Source: Amoebidium appalachense (taxonomy: Eukaryota; Protista; Ichthyosporea). Taken from it: a stretch of DNA of 64,000 nt. Made by a program: the position numbers and the translations under genes. How positions within the stretch are numbered: position 1 is the first letter of the stretch; every line of letters begins with the position of its first letter. Shown one piece after another: positions 38,852 to 52,557 of the stretch. The DNA lies in assembly GCA_963693365.1 (NCBI GenBank), contig CAVNZM010000016.1:4305957-4369956 (forward strand). Direction: 5' to 3'. The notes under the pieces were generated by a model. It was not told the origin of the DNA and did no database searches. It was given only the letters and a program-made list of their open reading frames with translations.

Positions 38852-39303
38852 ATGTGGGTGGGTGGGTGTGGGTGGACGTGGGTGGGTGACATTGGGTGAT
38901 TTGGTGTGTGTATGTGTGGGTGAGGGGGGGATGGGGGTGGGGCGCCGGTTGGGGAGGGTAGAGGTGTGGGTGAATGGGTGGATATTGCGTGTGTGTGTGG
39001 ATGGGTGGATGGGTGGTGGGGGGATGTGTCGTAGTGTGTTTGTGCCGGTCACGGTTACGGGCGGTTGTGTGTGGGTGCCACGACCGGTGTGTGAGAATGA
39101 CTGGGTTTGTGAGTGCACGGATGTACATGTGTTGGTGTTTGTGTCAGATGTAGCCTTGCAATATGTGTGTGTGTGTGTGTGTGTGCGTGCCTGTGCGTGT
39201 GTGTGCACCGTGACGTGTGGGTGTGTCCATGTAGGTGTGGGGTGGGTCAGTTTGGTGTGATGTTGGCTTTCTTTCTTTCTTTCTTTCTATCTATCTTTTT
39301 TTT

Positions 39304-39342
<39 letters not shown>

Positions 39343-39613
39343 ATCATTTTGAAATGGGATCAGAACGGAAAATGCAAGATGGGAAAGGGAAAAATTATTG
39401 GAAAGGTAAGGAGATCATGAAAAGTGTGAGCGGGGGACTTGGAAGATTTGATTATAAAGTCATGAACTTACGTGACAATTGCAATATTAATTATACTGTT
39501 ATTGTTGTCAATACTAGTACCGTGCTTACTATTGTTAGTACTATTCATGATTTCTTTCTTTTCATTTCAAAGTTTTAACTTTTTGCTCTCCTCTCTCTCT
39601 CTCTCTCTCTCTC

Positions 39614-39655
<42 letters not shown>

Positions 39656-39659
39656 TGCG

Positions 39660-39720
<61 letters not shown>

Positions 39721-39740
39721 TCTCTCTCCCCCTTGCGAGG

Positions 39741-39781
<41 letters not shown>

Positions 39782-40430
39782 TTGTTTGTGTGTGTGTGTG
39801 CGTGTGTGTGCGTGTGTTGGGGGGGGAGGGGGGGGGGGGGGGAGGGGGGAGGGGGGCAGCCCGGGCAGGGCCCTAGATAACATGTCTTGGGTGGAAAGTG
39901 GTAGAAGAGGCTTGAGCAAAGAGTGGGGTGGACGAGAGGGAAGGGCGGGAGTGGGGCGGGGAGGAGGGGGGGGGAGGAGGGGGGGGGGGGGGGTGAGGGG
40001 CGGGCTTATTGGAGGGATGAGAGAACGGAAGTGTTGGGAAACGGGTGGGGTGCGATTTAGAGAGGGGAGAGAAGGGAAACAGAGTGGGAAAAGGCCTTAG
40101 GAAGTCTAGGAAGCGGGGAGGATGAACTGGTTATTCTCCTAGTGGCGCGGGATAGAGGGGGAGGGGGGAGGGGGGGGCCTGGGAGGGGGAAGGGGGTGGT
40201 GGGAGGGGGAGATGGGATATGGGGGGGGGGGGGAATGGGGCTGGCTATGGGGCCGGGGGCAAAAGGTCTTGGGATCATAAGAGCGTGCTAGCTAGGAGGC
40301 ACTTAAACAAAAAAAAAAAAAGAAAACGAGCAGGGGAGGGGAAGGGGGGGGGGGGGGGGGTTTACACCTGCACACAAATTAATAACTCACGGTCCTAGTA
40401 TCGTGGCCTGTGGACAATTCGAAAGTTCAT
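38548..40430 (+). repeat. Degenerate ~1.9-kb dispersed repeat family B, copy 1 (possible decayed retroelement)
   Basis: Collinear unique anchors are shared with 53231-55030: GTGGATGAAAG..CCAAAGAGA, AAAGGTAAGGAGAT, TTGGAGGGATGAGAGAA, TTCTCCT.G.GGCGC, GGTCTTGG and ACCTGCACAC, separated by microsatellites. Confidence 0.55.
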
Positions 40431-40660
40431 TTAACATAGAATTTTATTACCATGTGCTTGGGGTTGTCGGTGTGTTAGCTTAGCTCGAGTCTCTGCCAAC
40501 TAGGGTACAATCATCCGCGATGCTTAGGAGGAGACGATAAGTTCCTATGAGGGTCCCCTAACGGGTGGGGCGGGGGAGCAAAACGGGATCTAAAAACGTA
40601 TTCAACGGGTTGTGTTTGTGTGTACGACGGAGTGTGTGCGTGTACGTGTGTGTGTGTGTA

Positions 40661-40720
<60 letters not shown>

Positions 40721-41436
40721 CGCGCGCGCGCTTTTGATTTCTAAGATGTGTTCTTTACTGCTAATTAAGGGGAGATGTGTGCTATCCGGAGTGACTGTCG
40801 CATCATCACATTCGATCTACTGGTGCCTTCTGAGGCACACGCAATACGTGCCTCCCGTAACTGAGTGTGTGTGACGTTTTTTGTGAGTGTTGTTGGCCAG
40901 AGTGTGTCTGCACGTGTAAACGCCAGAAAAAGGGGAAGGGAGGAGGGAAGGGGTGGGGGGGATTGAAAGAGAAGCCGAGAGTGGGGGGCACGGGCTTTCG
41001 AAAAATTAAAAGAAGAAGAGACATGTTGCATGCGCGCTCCACAATGCTTTGTGCACATACTGTGGCAGTGAGTGAGGAAATTTTTAAGTGCCTTGCCATG
41101 TGTGTGTGTGTGTGCGTGTGTGTGTGCGTGCGTGCGTCACAATGCGTGTGTCCCGAAATATATTCTCATACTGTACTTTATTGGGTGCGGCCGGTACCGT
41201 ATCGCTGACAGCTGTGGCAGTGCCGCCTCTGAAATAAACAACTGGTAGGGATCAACTCCCAACTGACTTAGACCGCTGACCATATCATATGATGATCACG
41301 ATTATGTTCAGGACCCCAGGCCTGCCACCCTCTGCAAGCTCATCCAGGCCATTGGCGACAAGATTGGTATCTTGCCTGAAATGGATTGGTATGATAATAT
41401 TCAACTAGCAAATCTGAAAGTACGTGACCATCTGTA

Positions 41437-41705
41437 TTAAAGTAGGCTCCAGTCCTTGACCTTCGCATCCAGCTTTTCCGTGTCGGCACCGATGAATTGC
41501 TGCGAAAAACACAACCCATACGTATTAGAAGTGGTACTACGGGGGGTTTTTTTTAAAAAGAAAAAAAAAATGCTTCTGATGCTACATGGTTAATAATAAA
41601 AAAATGCTGAGTTCGGATGTGGAGAGCCCTACCGTACAGATACTACTAGCCCCTGGGATTGTGGCTGCAGAGGAAAAAAGTTTAATCGGTTTAGCACCGT
41701 GTCAC

Positions 41706-41745
<40 letters not shown>

Positions 41746-43784
41746 CGCGCGCGCGAGTGCAGCGGCGGGTGGGGGGGGGGGGGGGGGGGGGGGGGGGGGA
41801 GGCAGGTTACACAGGAAAGCCAATGAGTTATTGCAACAACTTGGTTAAAACAATACACCGGCGTGTACACTTTATCATTAGACAGTCACATACATCGCCC
41901 GAAGTTATCGAGGTGTGTACACATGTGCCCAGGCGTGACTTGTAAACAGTGAGGCGTGTGTGTTTGTGTGTGTGTGACATCCATATGCTTGGTGCTGCTT
42001 GTGCAAACTGTTACAGTGCAAATGGGGTGCACTGAGGGAGTCACCGTGGAAGGGACGGATGACTTACATCCACTGCTTTGCCCTCTTTGTAGATCTTAAA
42101 GGTTGGAAGGTAGTAGATGCGCTCGGATGCCGCGACGCCCTGTCCGTGCATATGAACACTGTCAGCTCTAGTAGAAGGTAAGTGTCTATTGCTGCTAGGC
42201 TACAAAAATTTGCAACTGATCGACTGATTCATGATAAAGGGCCTTGCTGCCTTAAACCATGGCATGGCCCATATTTGCTGCAGGCTTAAGGATTAGATTG
42301 GACTACATACCCATATCGGAAAGCCACGATGCCAAACCGATTTGTGACAAAACTTGACGATCTAATCACATTCATTATGACTAAAATATATCGTGAGGCG
42401 CATGATGCATATGATCATAATGTGGTTCCAACACCAATAACATGACAGTATCAGTGAAAAGTTGGAGTCAGTGTGTGCGTACTAGCGCTGGAGCTGATTC
42501 CAATAGACTCCCTGGTTGGTTTACTATGCACTCACTCTGTGCACACACGCATCATCATACCGGGGTAGGCCTACCACAAGACTACTGCCGGAACTGAACG
42601 TGGATTTCTGCCACAGCCAGCTAGATAGAGTCTTATTCCGGAGTCCCTTAGCCCGCAAGAACAAAAGGGAAAGAATGTAATTTTCATTGGTGCAATGGGG
42701 GGTTTGCCGGCAGCTAGAATCTTAAATCTTCCAAAATTCCTATCACTAGAATCATATATTGAGATATTGGTATTTGAATTTAGCCAACACCTGTACTTGA
42801 TCTCATGAGGACTCGTACATATATTCAAGTGACGTTGGCTGCTCAGTGGAGAGACTCGGAGTCCCGCTCAATAGCCATATGTGATATCGATGAGTCACAT
42901 GGCAAAGTGTGGAGCACATAAACTGGTTTCGTTTGGTGAACAAATTCAAAACCTTACCACACGAGAGGGCTGAAACAAAGGGGGCGCGGCGGGGGGAGGG
43001 GGGAGGGGGGGGGGGGGGTGGACTTGGCTGAGCAAAACCGACCGGCCATAGTGCATATCATATGAGAGCGACACTTACGCTGAGATCGTCAATGTCGGCG
43101 TAGTAGAAGTCCATGTCTGGGTACTGAGTGGCCAGGTACCTGAACTGAGGGGAAATATCTCTGCACTGTCCACTCCACCGTGCTACGAAGGAAACAATGA
43201 CCTGTAGAGTTGCCGTCACGGTCAGGTGTCTTGTTTCTGCAGTATAATAGGGGTAAGGAGCAAGGGTCCTTGTTCAAAATAGACTATGTACCCTGTTAGG
43301 CTACTAAATTAGCTGACTGTGGGATGGTTTTCAGTCTAAAATGACGTCACAGTTTTTATTACCAGTTATGGTAGTAAAAGTGTGACGTAATTTCAGATTG
43401 AAAGTCGGCAGGCAGTCGGCTAATTCAATTAGTCTTCCGGGGGTACGTAGTCTGTTGGAACCCTTTGTCATTACAGATACCGTCCGCCATTAAGAATACC
43501 CGCCAATAAGAATACGCCAGCGACTAAGTCAGCTTTTTTTTTTTTTTTTAAGGATAATATGCACCGCGGCCATATTTTGGGGTATTCTTAATGGGACAGC
43601 TGACCTATACTATACTCGTTCCGTGGATCATGTATAGTTTAATACTCTTACCCCCCCCCCCCCCTCACCCTTCCCCCCCCCCCCCCCCCACACACACACC
43701 ATTTTTTCGTGTCCTCCTCCCCCCCCCCCCCCTCCGCCCCCTCTCTCCCCCCTGGCCCTCCTCTCCCCTCCCCCCCAGCCCCAG

Positions 43785-43815
<31 letters not shown>

Positions 43816-44064
43816 CCGTACGGTGCCATTAAGAATATGATGGTGGTCGTCCAAAAAAATTTAAGAATATGCACCGTGACCACGTTTTTGGGGGGGTTCT
43901 TAATGGCGGACGGCATACGGTAATATCATCCCGCTTAAACTTCAGACCAGTGAAAAAAAAAGCATTATGTTTCTACGTTGATGTATATCTTGAAACATCG
44001 TTTTTTTACATGTGCGTATTGTGTTGAGTAGAAGTCACTCTTGGTTTTCGTGCCGGCATATCAT

Positions 44065-44099
<35 letters not shown>

Positions 44100-45384
44100 C
44101 CTCTCACCACCACCACCACCACATTGGTAACAACGAAACTTGAGGGGTGGAAATTTCAACACTTTATGCAAAGCTGGGAAGGAACATGGCACTGCTTGAA
44201 ATATGGTTCATTGCAGTGCGCCACAGATCTACTAGTGGCATGCTGAAGGCTTGCATGCATATGACAAACAAGAAAGTGTGTGTTAAAGTGGAAAACCGTG
44301 ATTCGACTTATGTCTTATGCTCAGTATTTGTCATCAAACTGCTGGATTATCCAGGCCATTAATTAAGTTATATTGGAAGGAAAATATATAATTACCTTTT
44401 TTTCGCTTCCCAAAACCCACTCATTGAAGTCTTTCTCTGACGGAATCGTGTACAATGCCGGGGCCGACGGGACCTAAAGGAGAACGAACGGTGTGTTAGT
44501 TGATATCAGCTAAATTACCATATCATTCTTACCGAGGCAAGGCTTGCTTATAACATGGCCCTGGCTGCGAGAGTGAAACGGGGCATGAGATCTTGCGTTC
44601 AGTAATAAGTCAAGACGCCATGCATAAGTCAACCAACCGCGAAGCATGAGCAGTGAGACCAATCACGCAGTAGCAGCTCAAGATACACATGCTATGAATC
44701 GGGCATGTCTGCAGTTGAGACCAGGTCTAACGGTTGCACTTCGGGGTGTTCCCAGTCTGTGGCAGGTCACAAGCGGCTCATAGCGTGCGTTCTAACGGCA
44801 GGAATGCTTGTGCGCACGCCATTCTGTAACTGCCCAATAAGGGCGGAAAACACACCGAAACACACAACGCCGGGCCGTGCATGATACAGACACATGCACT
44901 TGACACTTAGTCTAGTTCCCTCATCGCACACCTTACCCCATTTAACATGCAGGAAGTCAAAAAGGAAGCATGTGATGGTGTGTAGGCCAGGCCGCCAAAC
45001 AACATCAGGATGCATACATATATGCATAGACCTCAGGATGGATCAACAATTGTTTTGGTATAGATATCGATATGCAAATTAATAAAACGTGTAATTTGCT
45101 AAACACTTTGGTCTGGAAGGGTGACCTACCTCAGCAGCCACTCTTTGCTTGGATTCCACACGGTCATCCTCGTCGTCGTAAACCTTGGCCATGAGGCGGT
45201 GGTGCCTTTCAGACCCCGCATCTTCTTGTGTGCGCCGAACCTCCGCCTGTACACGCGCCAGCCTCTGCTCTATGTCGCGCAGTTCCGCCTCCACGCCACC
45301 ACGGGGGGCCGGAGAAGCCTGCATGCTGGTGGCTGCAATGACCAGAAGAAGCACAGAGCCAAGTAGAGAAGCGATCTTGGGCAT
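41437..45384 (-). CDS. Secreted thioredoxin-domain protein (signal peptide, coiled coil, Trx with atypical WSGQC site), 5 exons, 196 aa
   Basis: Exons are 45384-45130, 44473-44396, 43201-43079, 42139-42068 and 41499-41437, all phase 0 and GT-AG. Spliced Trx domain: LYTIPSEKDFNEWVLGSEKKVIVSFVARWSGQCRDISPQFRYLATQYPDMDFYYADIDDLSGVAASERIYYLPTFKIYKEGKAVDQFIGADTEKLDAKVKDWSLL*. The N-terminus MPKIASLLGSVLLLVIAATSMQA is signal-like. Confidence 0.9.
43272..43461. mobile_element. Imperfect ~190-bp foldback MITE, older relative of 45564-45760
   Basis: Arms GTTCAAAATAGACTATGTACCC...TGACGTCACAG / TGTGACGTAA...GGGTACGTAGTCTGTTGGAAC. Confidence 0.7.
43480..43913. mobile_element. Tc1/mariner-like MITE (apparently two tandem units) in thioredoxin intron 2
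   Basis: 17-bp TIR CCGTCCGCCATTAAGAA / TTCTTAATGGCGGACGG, with TA on the left and CA on the right. An internal block AATATGCACCGYGRCCA is repeated. Confidence 0.65.
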
Positions 45385-45563
45385 TTTGGTGTGATGTGCA
45401 CCTATATGTGGTTTCGAGTGAAGTTTGCGATGTGTGATGCGTCGTGCGTTTACGTCCGACCGGCTACGACTGTACGACGACTGACAGCCCCGCAGTTTAT
45501 CGTAGGTTCGGACAAGGAGTCTATTTTGTAGGCTTCGGAGTTAAGATTTAATTAAGAAGATAA

Positions 45564-45760
45564 GGTTCAAACCCTACTAGTACCCCGTCAGACTAGCAAA
45601 ATTTAGCCGTCGCAGGCTAAGATTTCTATGGCATATGACGTCACACCAATTTGTTACCAAATTTGGTAACAAATCAGTGTGATGTCAATTACCATAGCAA
45701 TCTTAGCCGGCGGCGGCTAAATTTTGCTAGTCTGACGGGGTACGTAGTAGGGTTTGGACC
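45564..45760. mobile_element. Near-perfect ~197-bp foldback MITE upstream of the thioredoxin gene
   Basis: GGTTCAAACCCTACTAGTACCCCGTCAGACTAGCAAAATTTAGCCG...TTGTTACCAAA|TTTGGTAACAA...CGGCTAAATTTTGCTAGTCTGACGGGGTACGTAGTAGGGTTTGGACC; no spacer between the arms. Confidence 0.85.
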
Positions 45761-46386
45761 GTTAGTCGTTAATGCAATGCAGGCGACAAAACATTCTTTT
45801 TTTGGCCCGCCCTACAACACGTTCCTGAGCAGTGTGGCGCAGTCACACAGTGGCGTTCGGCGAGTCCGACACCACCGATGTAATGCACAACTCAAAAAAC
45901 AACTTGCCTAGCCCGTCGGGTAGGGCCTTATGAAAAGATCCCGTACGCGTGTATCTAGGTGATATTCAGGGGCACGTTGGATACCAGATATATCTGGTGA
46001 TAATCAGGGCACCCCCGAGATCTATCCGGTGATATTCTGGGGGGGTGCAATTGATATATCAAAATGGATCTCTGAAGAGGTGATATATCCTGCGCTCAGA
46101 GGCGGGATATATCACGTCCACCTAGGGGGTATTATAGGAGTTGTCTATGTGTTGTGGGGTTTCCACTAGGGAGTTTTGCCGCCAAAGGCTGCCAATCAAG
46201 CAAGAGGAAAACAAGCCAAAAGAAGTAATGAATGTTACAATAGCCATATTTGGGCAGTTGGATTTCACATCGAACCAATGTGCCAAGCTCCCGCCACACA
46301 TACGCCTGGAAACTACCAATCACTCAAGTTCCCGCCCCAGACAGGCGGTTTTGACAGTTGACACATGTGCAACTTCTTTTCATCGG

Positions 46387-46421
46387 TATAAAGAGTGGTT
46401 TTGGGGCTTTCTCGGTCAGTT
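46387..46421 (+). promoter_or_regulatory. TATA box plus initiator inside the hAT element
   Basis: TATAAA at 46387 and TCAGTT at 46416-46421 (31 nt from T to the Inr A). Upstream CCAAT boxes at ~46192, ~46276 and ~46316, and GC boxes (CCCGCC). Confidence 0.55.
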
Positions 46422-46480
46422 CTCCCACTTCAGACACGTTTACTTTTTGTGAAACCAAGCGTTCTTAACCACGCGCAGTC

Positions 46481-46838
<358 letters not shown>

Positions 46839-47693
46839 CGTGCGCACACGTGTATTCGCCTTAGATATTCGGGTGATAAGCTAAGTCAGTAAGTTGTCTG
46901 GACTGGATACTTGGGCCTGATAATCAGGGCACAAATAGGATACTTTTGATATATCTTTTGATATTCAGGGAGGTTTTTGGGATATGTTGAGATGATACTC
47001 AGGGCACTCGCGACGGGATATTCTGGGGGCCTTTGCGATATTTTCGTGATATATATCCAGGTTGATACTCAGGGCGAAAAACAGGATATTTTTATAAGGC
47101 CCTACCGTCGGGGGGACAAACCTATTCAAGGCCTCCGTCATCTAACACGGGAGCCAATCACAACCTATCCTGTACATACCAGACGATAAAACATTATCCG
47201 CACAGACTGCAATACTCATTTCCCTCTACACGGAAAATAAATCAAAACAGCCTCGGAAAAAGTATTATTTCGCTCTCACTCATACGGCTCGTGAGCATAT
47301 TTATATTAGTTTCATTACTGAAATGCACATATAAATACATTTACTTGTCGATACAGACACCTGCTCATGACTTGTCAGCTCCAATATCCAATTCCTCCTA
47401 GTAAACAACATTCCTGAAGATAAAATCAAGCACGTCTCTACTTGTAGGCTAAAACACAAACAAATTTAAAGGAGAGCATGCAGACAGACACTTGAGACAC
47501 ACATCCTGCTGGCCTGTGACACAAGTTACACCACGTATGTACTGCCCTCACGATACAGAACAAAACAGAGCACAAAACACTACTCTATTATTTACACAAA
47601 CTACACTTGTCATTCACCACTGTACCACGTGCACATTTTTTTCTGTGTGTGTGCGTGTGCGTGTGTGTGTGTGTGTGTGTCTGTGAGTGTGTC

Positions 47694-47781
<88 letters not shown>

Positions 47782-47821
47782 GTGTGTGTGTGTTTTTGTG
47801 TGTGTATGTGTGTGTGTGTGC

Positions 47822-47886
<65 letters not shown>

Positions 47887-48041
47887 GGGAGGCCCAGGGA
47901 GAGGGGGGTTGCTGTGCACGTGTATACGTAGCAGTGCATGGCAAGTGTAGTTTGTGTCTGTTAATGTTTAGTTTTGTGTCCGGAGTGTGCTCTCTCTCTT
48001 TTCTCTCTTCTTCCTCTCCTTCTTCTTCTCTTTTTCCTTCC

Positions 48042-48161
<120 letters not shown>

Positions 48162-48170
48162 TCCCTCCCT

Positions 48171-48239
<69 letters not shown>

Positions 48240-48624
48240 TCCCTCTCTCCCCCTCTCCTTTCGTGTGGTCGTGTGCACAGATATTAGTGTCGATCTGTGT
48301 ACACGGCTGGGCCACCTGGCCCCATAGTAGATCTGATCCGTAGATATTTGTGATAAAAGTGAACGAGCAGGCTCAAGCTTAATTTTGTAATTGGAATTCG
48401 ACGGTGAACGTCTCATTTGCATTGTTTGTTTTATCTTGTTTGCTTTAGCTCATTGGTTCTGTTTGCCTCACGTGTCACACGTGTCTGTGTTGTGTGTTTT
48501 CCCCGTGGTTATGTTTTATCAGGAACACGGGCCTAGCTTGGATCGTTCAAGTTCTAGTTGCTTTTATCTTGTGGTATGTTGTTTACTAGGATTGACAATA
48601 GAAGTCGTTTCCTATTGGTCGTTA

Positions 48625-49790
48625 GTGGAATTAGATATTTGATCTGGCAGCGCGAGTGAGAGTTCGTATCAACGAGTAGATATATTTGTAGTTATATTTC
48701 AGTAAAGAAATTATTATAAATATATATATGGCTAAGGCGCGCAAAGGACGGCGGTGGGTGGAAAAGAAGCAGGTGGCTAGATGGCTAGGGTTGGTTGTTA
48801 GTTTAGTTTGCGTGCGGCGGTGCCTCATGTACTCACGGTTGTCCAGCCGGTGTATGGTGCCGTACACGGCGGGAACTGGCGTAGCTTTGCGCGGTTAATG
48901 GGTCGGCAGCTACGCATTATCGGTAAAACCATGGGTATAATAGGCCGGCTTCCCCGCACGGAAATCTGGCCGAGCCTATCACGGCCACTCTCATCACAGA
49001 TGCTGCCACCTCACACGGGTGGGGGGCAGTACTACAGTTAGGCCTACCAACCACGCAGGTTGTGGAGGCTTTTGGTCGTTGGGCGGAGAGCGATGCACCG
49101 CGGGCGGCTGCAGTGGCGGAGTGCGAGGGCCTACTCGAGGCCTACCGCAGGCCCGAAATGTAGGCCCTAATCCAACGCCAGCGCGTATACGCTGGCAGTC
49201 ACACGCCCAGGCCGCGTTGGGCGCGGTGCGCAAAAAGGGCAGCAGCAGCCCCGCCATGCCGCGAGTGCTATCTATAGCAGCTGCTGCAGTTGTGTTTGGA
49301 AAAGGGGCTCCCCTGGCCCCAAGAGCTGTCATACATTCCGGGCGAAGTGAATGCCTGTGCGGATTGGTTGTCGCGGATTGATCCCCGGGCCGCCACGAGT
49401 GGTCAGTTACCCCTGCGGGGGTCGAGCGTATCGATAGACACTCGGAGAATTGCACACGGCGGTGGATCGGTTTGCTACACCCGTGACAGCAGTCAAACCC
49501 ACGTTTCACACCTGGACCGCGGTGGTCCCCGTGAGCGGTGGGCAGGATGGGCTTGCCACCGAATGGCAGGCCCCCAGCTGGTGGGTGCCACCGTTTCCGT
49601 TGATCAAGCGGACAGTGGCGAAGATTCAGCGGGAACGTTCGCCGGGAATATTAGTGGTCCCGGTGTGGGACACCGCCTTATTGTGCAAGGGATTGCACAG
49701 GCCCACACGGACCTAGCCCCCGAAGAAGTGGTGTTTCCGGTCGGTGTCCGGTCTTGGCGAATGCGTGCGAAGCTTCCTATTGGACGGCAG
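48625..49790 (+). mobile_element. Decayed DIRS1-type retrotransposon pol remnant (RT C-terminus, RNase H, Dam-like adenine methyltransferase)
   Basis: Across frameshifts and stops: KKQVARWLGLVVS (RT thumb), ITDAATSHGWGAVL (RNase H motif 1, ~48993), YIPGEVNACADWLSR (RNase H end, ~49332), then VDRFAT...DGLATEW...WWVPPFPLIKRTVAKIQRERSPGILVVPVW (DIRS MT domain, 49450-49716). Confidence 0.85.
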
Positions 49791-50171
49791 CACCCGTCCC
49801 CCTTAATGATTGGATGAAAATCACTCGCCGCGCCGCTCCTGCCATCCAGATTTATGGTCGCAGATAGCAACAACATTTCTAAATACTTCGCTTGATTCAT
49901 CAAGCTCTTTTTAGAGATGTATTTAGGCCAACTGATTGGTTGGAATAGTGTTCCAACAATCAGTGGCCACTAGGGAGCCGACTATGGTATATCGGCGGCG
50001 ACTCGTTCTACTCGTCTTGGTTAGCTTTGTTTTCCCGTCGGCCCCTACTTAGCCCCACCCACCCGCCCGAGCTGTGTTGCATTTCCCCGTCTTTAGCTAG
50101 TTAGTCTCTTGCTGATTGGCTACGGCACACACACACACAGAGACACACACCCACACATGCACACATACGTG

Positions 50172-50276
<105 letters not shown>

Positions 50277-51401
50277 CACAAACACACACACACACACACA
50301 CACACGTACACAAACACACGCCCACGCATTGAGGGTAGTGGAGGGGGAAGATAGGGTAGAGGGGTTTTCTTCGTGCGGTGTGTTTATTTGGATTTTGTTC
50401 GTAGAGAAGCAGTGCATGCCATGGTATGTGTACGTTTCTGATGATCGTGCCCGGGGGACACTTGGAAGTTGGCTGATCCGAGCCAATAAGCAAATCGAAA
50501 GCAACAACATATCTAAATGACGGATATTGGTGAGCGCATATATTTATATATTACTGCAGAGAAATATTCTTGACATTTCTATGAACTAATATAGTGCATG
50601 AAATTCGTATTTCATTACTTTTGAGTTGTGTATGCTGTTTTCATATAGCAGGCAGCCTGCAGGAGTCCTGGAGTAGATTAGCTTTGATTGAATAGCGTTT
50701 GCTTTAATGTGGTATGCAGCTCAGAAGTTAAAACAATTATGATTGGCTTAGATTGTATCAGATCGGAATTTGTCTTTCGTGTACATATGCAGTCTGTGTC
50801 GAGGGTAAAAAAGGATATTGTAGGCACATATAGTCGAATCAACCTCCCCCCCTGTCGTTTCTTCTTTCCCCACTTCCCTACTGCCACCTTCTGTTGATAG
50901 TATGGCCCTTTGATGTTCAAATCGATGATGCAGTCGTCGGTCGTAATTCTGCTTTAGCCGATAAGTGACCGTACCAGATAGACAGGCAGGGATGCACAAC
51001 CTCGACAGCCAGTCGTCAGACGTAGTCACTGAAATTGCAAAGTCGTGTAGTCGTAGTCGAGTCGCCGAGGGTGCCACCTACGACTTTAGGCCCACGACTT
51101 TGGGGGGGGAGGGAGGAGGTTGAGGGGGGGGAAGGGGAGGGAGGGGGAGAGGGAAAAATTTAATGCTCATGTACACATGTAGGCAATATTTGAAACCCTA
51201 ATTGTGCGCATTGATATCATAAGTTGTCTTGGGTTCGGTCTCTAGTAAAGTTGGTACTAATGGGACTGAGCGATATCGATATAGCACGACCACTGGCAAT
51301 GCATCGATCTGCCAGGAGCCACTCACTTTCAAGATAACAGGTAAATACGGTTTAATAAGGTCTAAAATCTTCAGGTTTCTCGGCCGTAGCGTTTAAGTTA
51401 A

Positions 51402-51437
<36 letters not shown>

Positions 51438-51563
51438 TTCTAGAGACCTTGTCCTGTGGGTCCTGTTTCTGCTGCGTGAGTTTTTCTTTTTTCTTTCTTT
51501 CTTTTTTTTTTTTTTTCTGTGGTGGTGGCGGAGGGGGGGGGGGGGGGGGGGGGGGAGGGGGGG

Positions 51564-51589
<26 letters not shown>

Positions 51590-51597
<8 letters not shown>

Positions 51598-51713
51598 TGC
51601 GATTGGCACACATGCACACACACACACAGACAACACACACAAACACCCAGTGGCAAACGAGCACAAAATCCAAATGTACACACAGAAACATGCACACATT
51701 TTTCGCACAGCCC

Positions 51714-51761
<48 letters not shown>

Positions 51762-51843
51762 AAAAAAAAAAAAAAAACTACGGCAGACCAAGAAAAGGAA
51801 CCACAGGACGGGAGGGGGGGGGGGGGGGGGGGGGGGGAAGGAA

Positions 51844-51886
<43 letters not shown>

Positions 51887-51919
51887 GACACACACATAAC
51901 GTGCACCGTGACACAGAGG

Positions 51920-51951
<32 letters not shown>

Positions 51952-52155
51952 TCGTGATACACACACGTGCACACACACACACCACACACACACACCGAGT
52001 GACAAACGAACACCAATTTGATATCCAAACGCGCACATGCACACACTCCCCCCCCCCCCCCCCCCCCCCCTCCCCCCGTCTTGCGGTTCCTTTTTTTCCG
52101 GGCTACGGGGGTTTTTTTTTTTGTTTTTTTTTTTTGTGGGGGGGGGGGGGGGGGG

Positions 52156-52191
<36 letters not shown>

Positions 52192-52340
52192 CGGGGCGGC
52201 CCCACACACACCGTGCACTGTCAGACACGGACACACACACACACACACACCTTGTGATACACACACGTGCACACACACACACAAACATACCCAGTGACAA
52301 ACGAAAACAAAATCCAAATGTACACACAGATATACTATGC
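51590..52340. repeat. Degenerate tandem repeat, about three units interrupted by homopolymers
   Basis: CCCAGTGRCAAACGA..ACAAAATCCAAATGTACACACAGA..ATGCACACATTTT(T)CGCACAG at ~51646 and ~52290, with a diverged copy at ~51995. Confidence 0.75.
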
Positions 52341-52465
52341 ACACATTTTCGCACAGAAAGGCGCATAGAGCCAGGGAGTTTTAATAAGGCACGTGTCCGG
52401 GCACCGTGGGTTCATTAATGTAAACAGTTTCCCTCTTTCTTAGCCGGTTGCACACACTCGCACAC

Positions 52466-52557
<92 letters not shown>

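Noticed and set aside
50748-51077. 109-aa minus-strand ORF near the DIRS remnant as a possible recombinase
   Set aside because: No catalytic RHRY motifs are visible.
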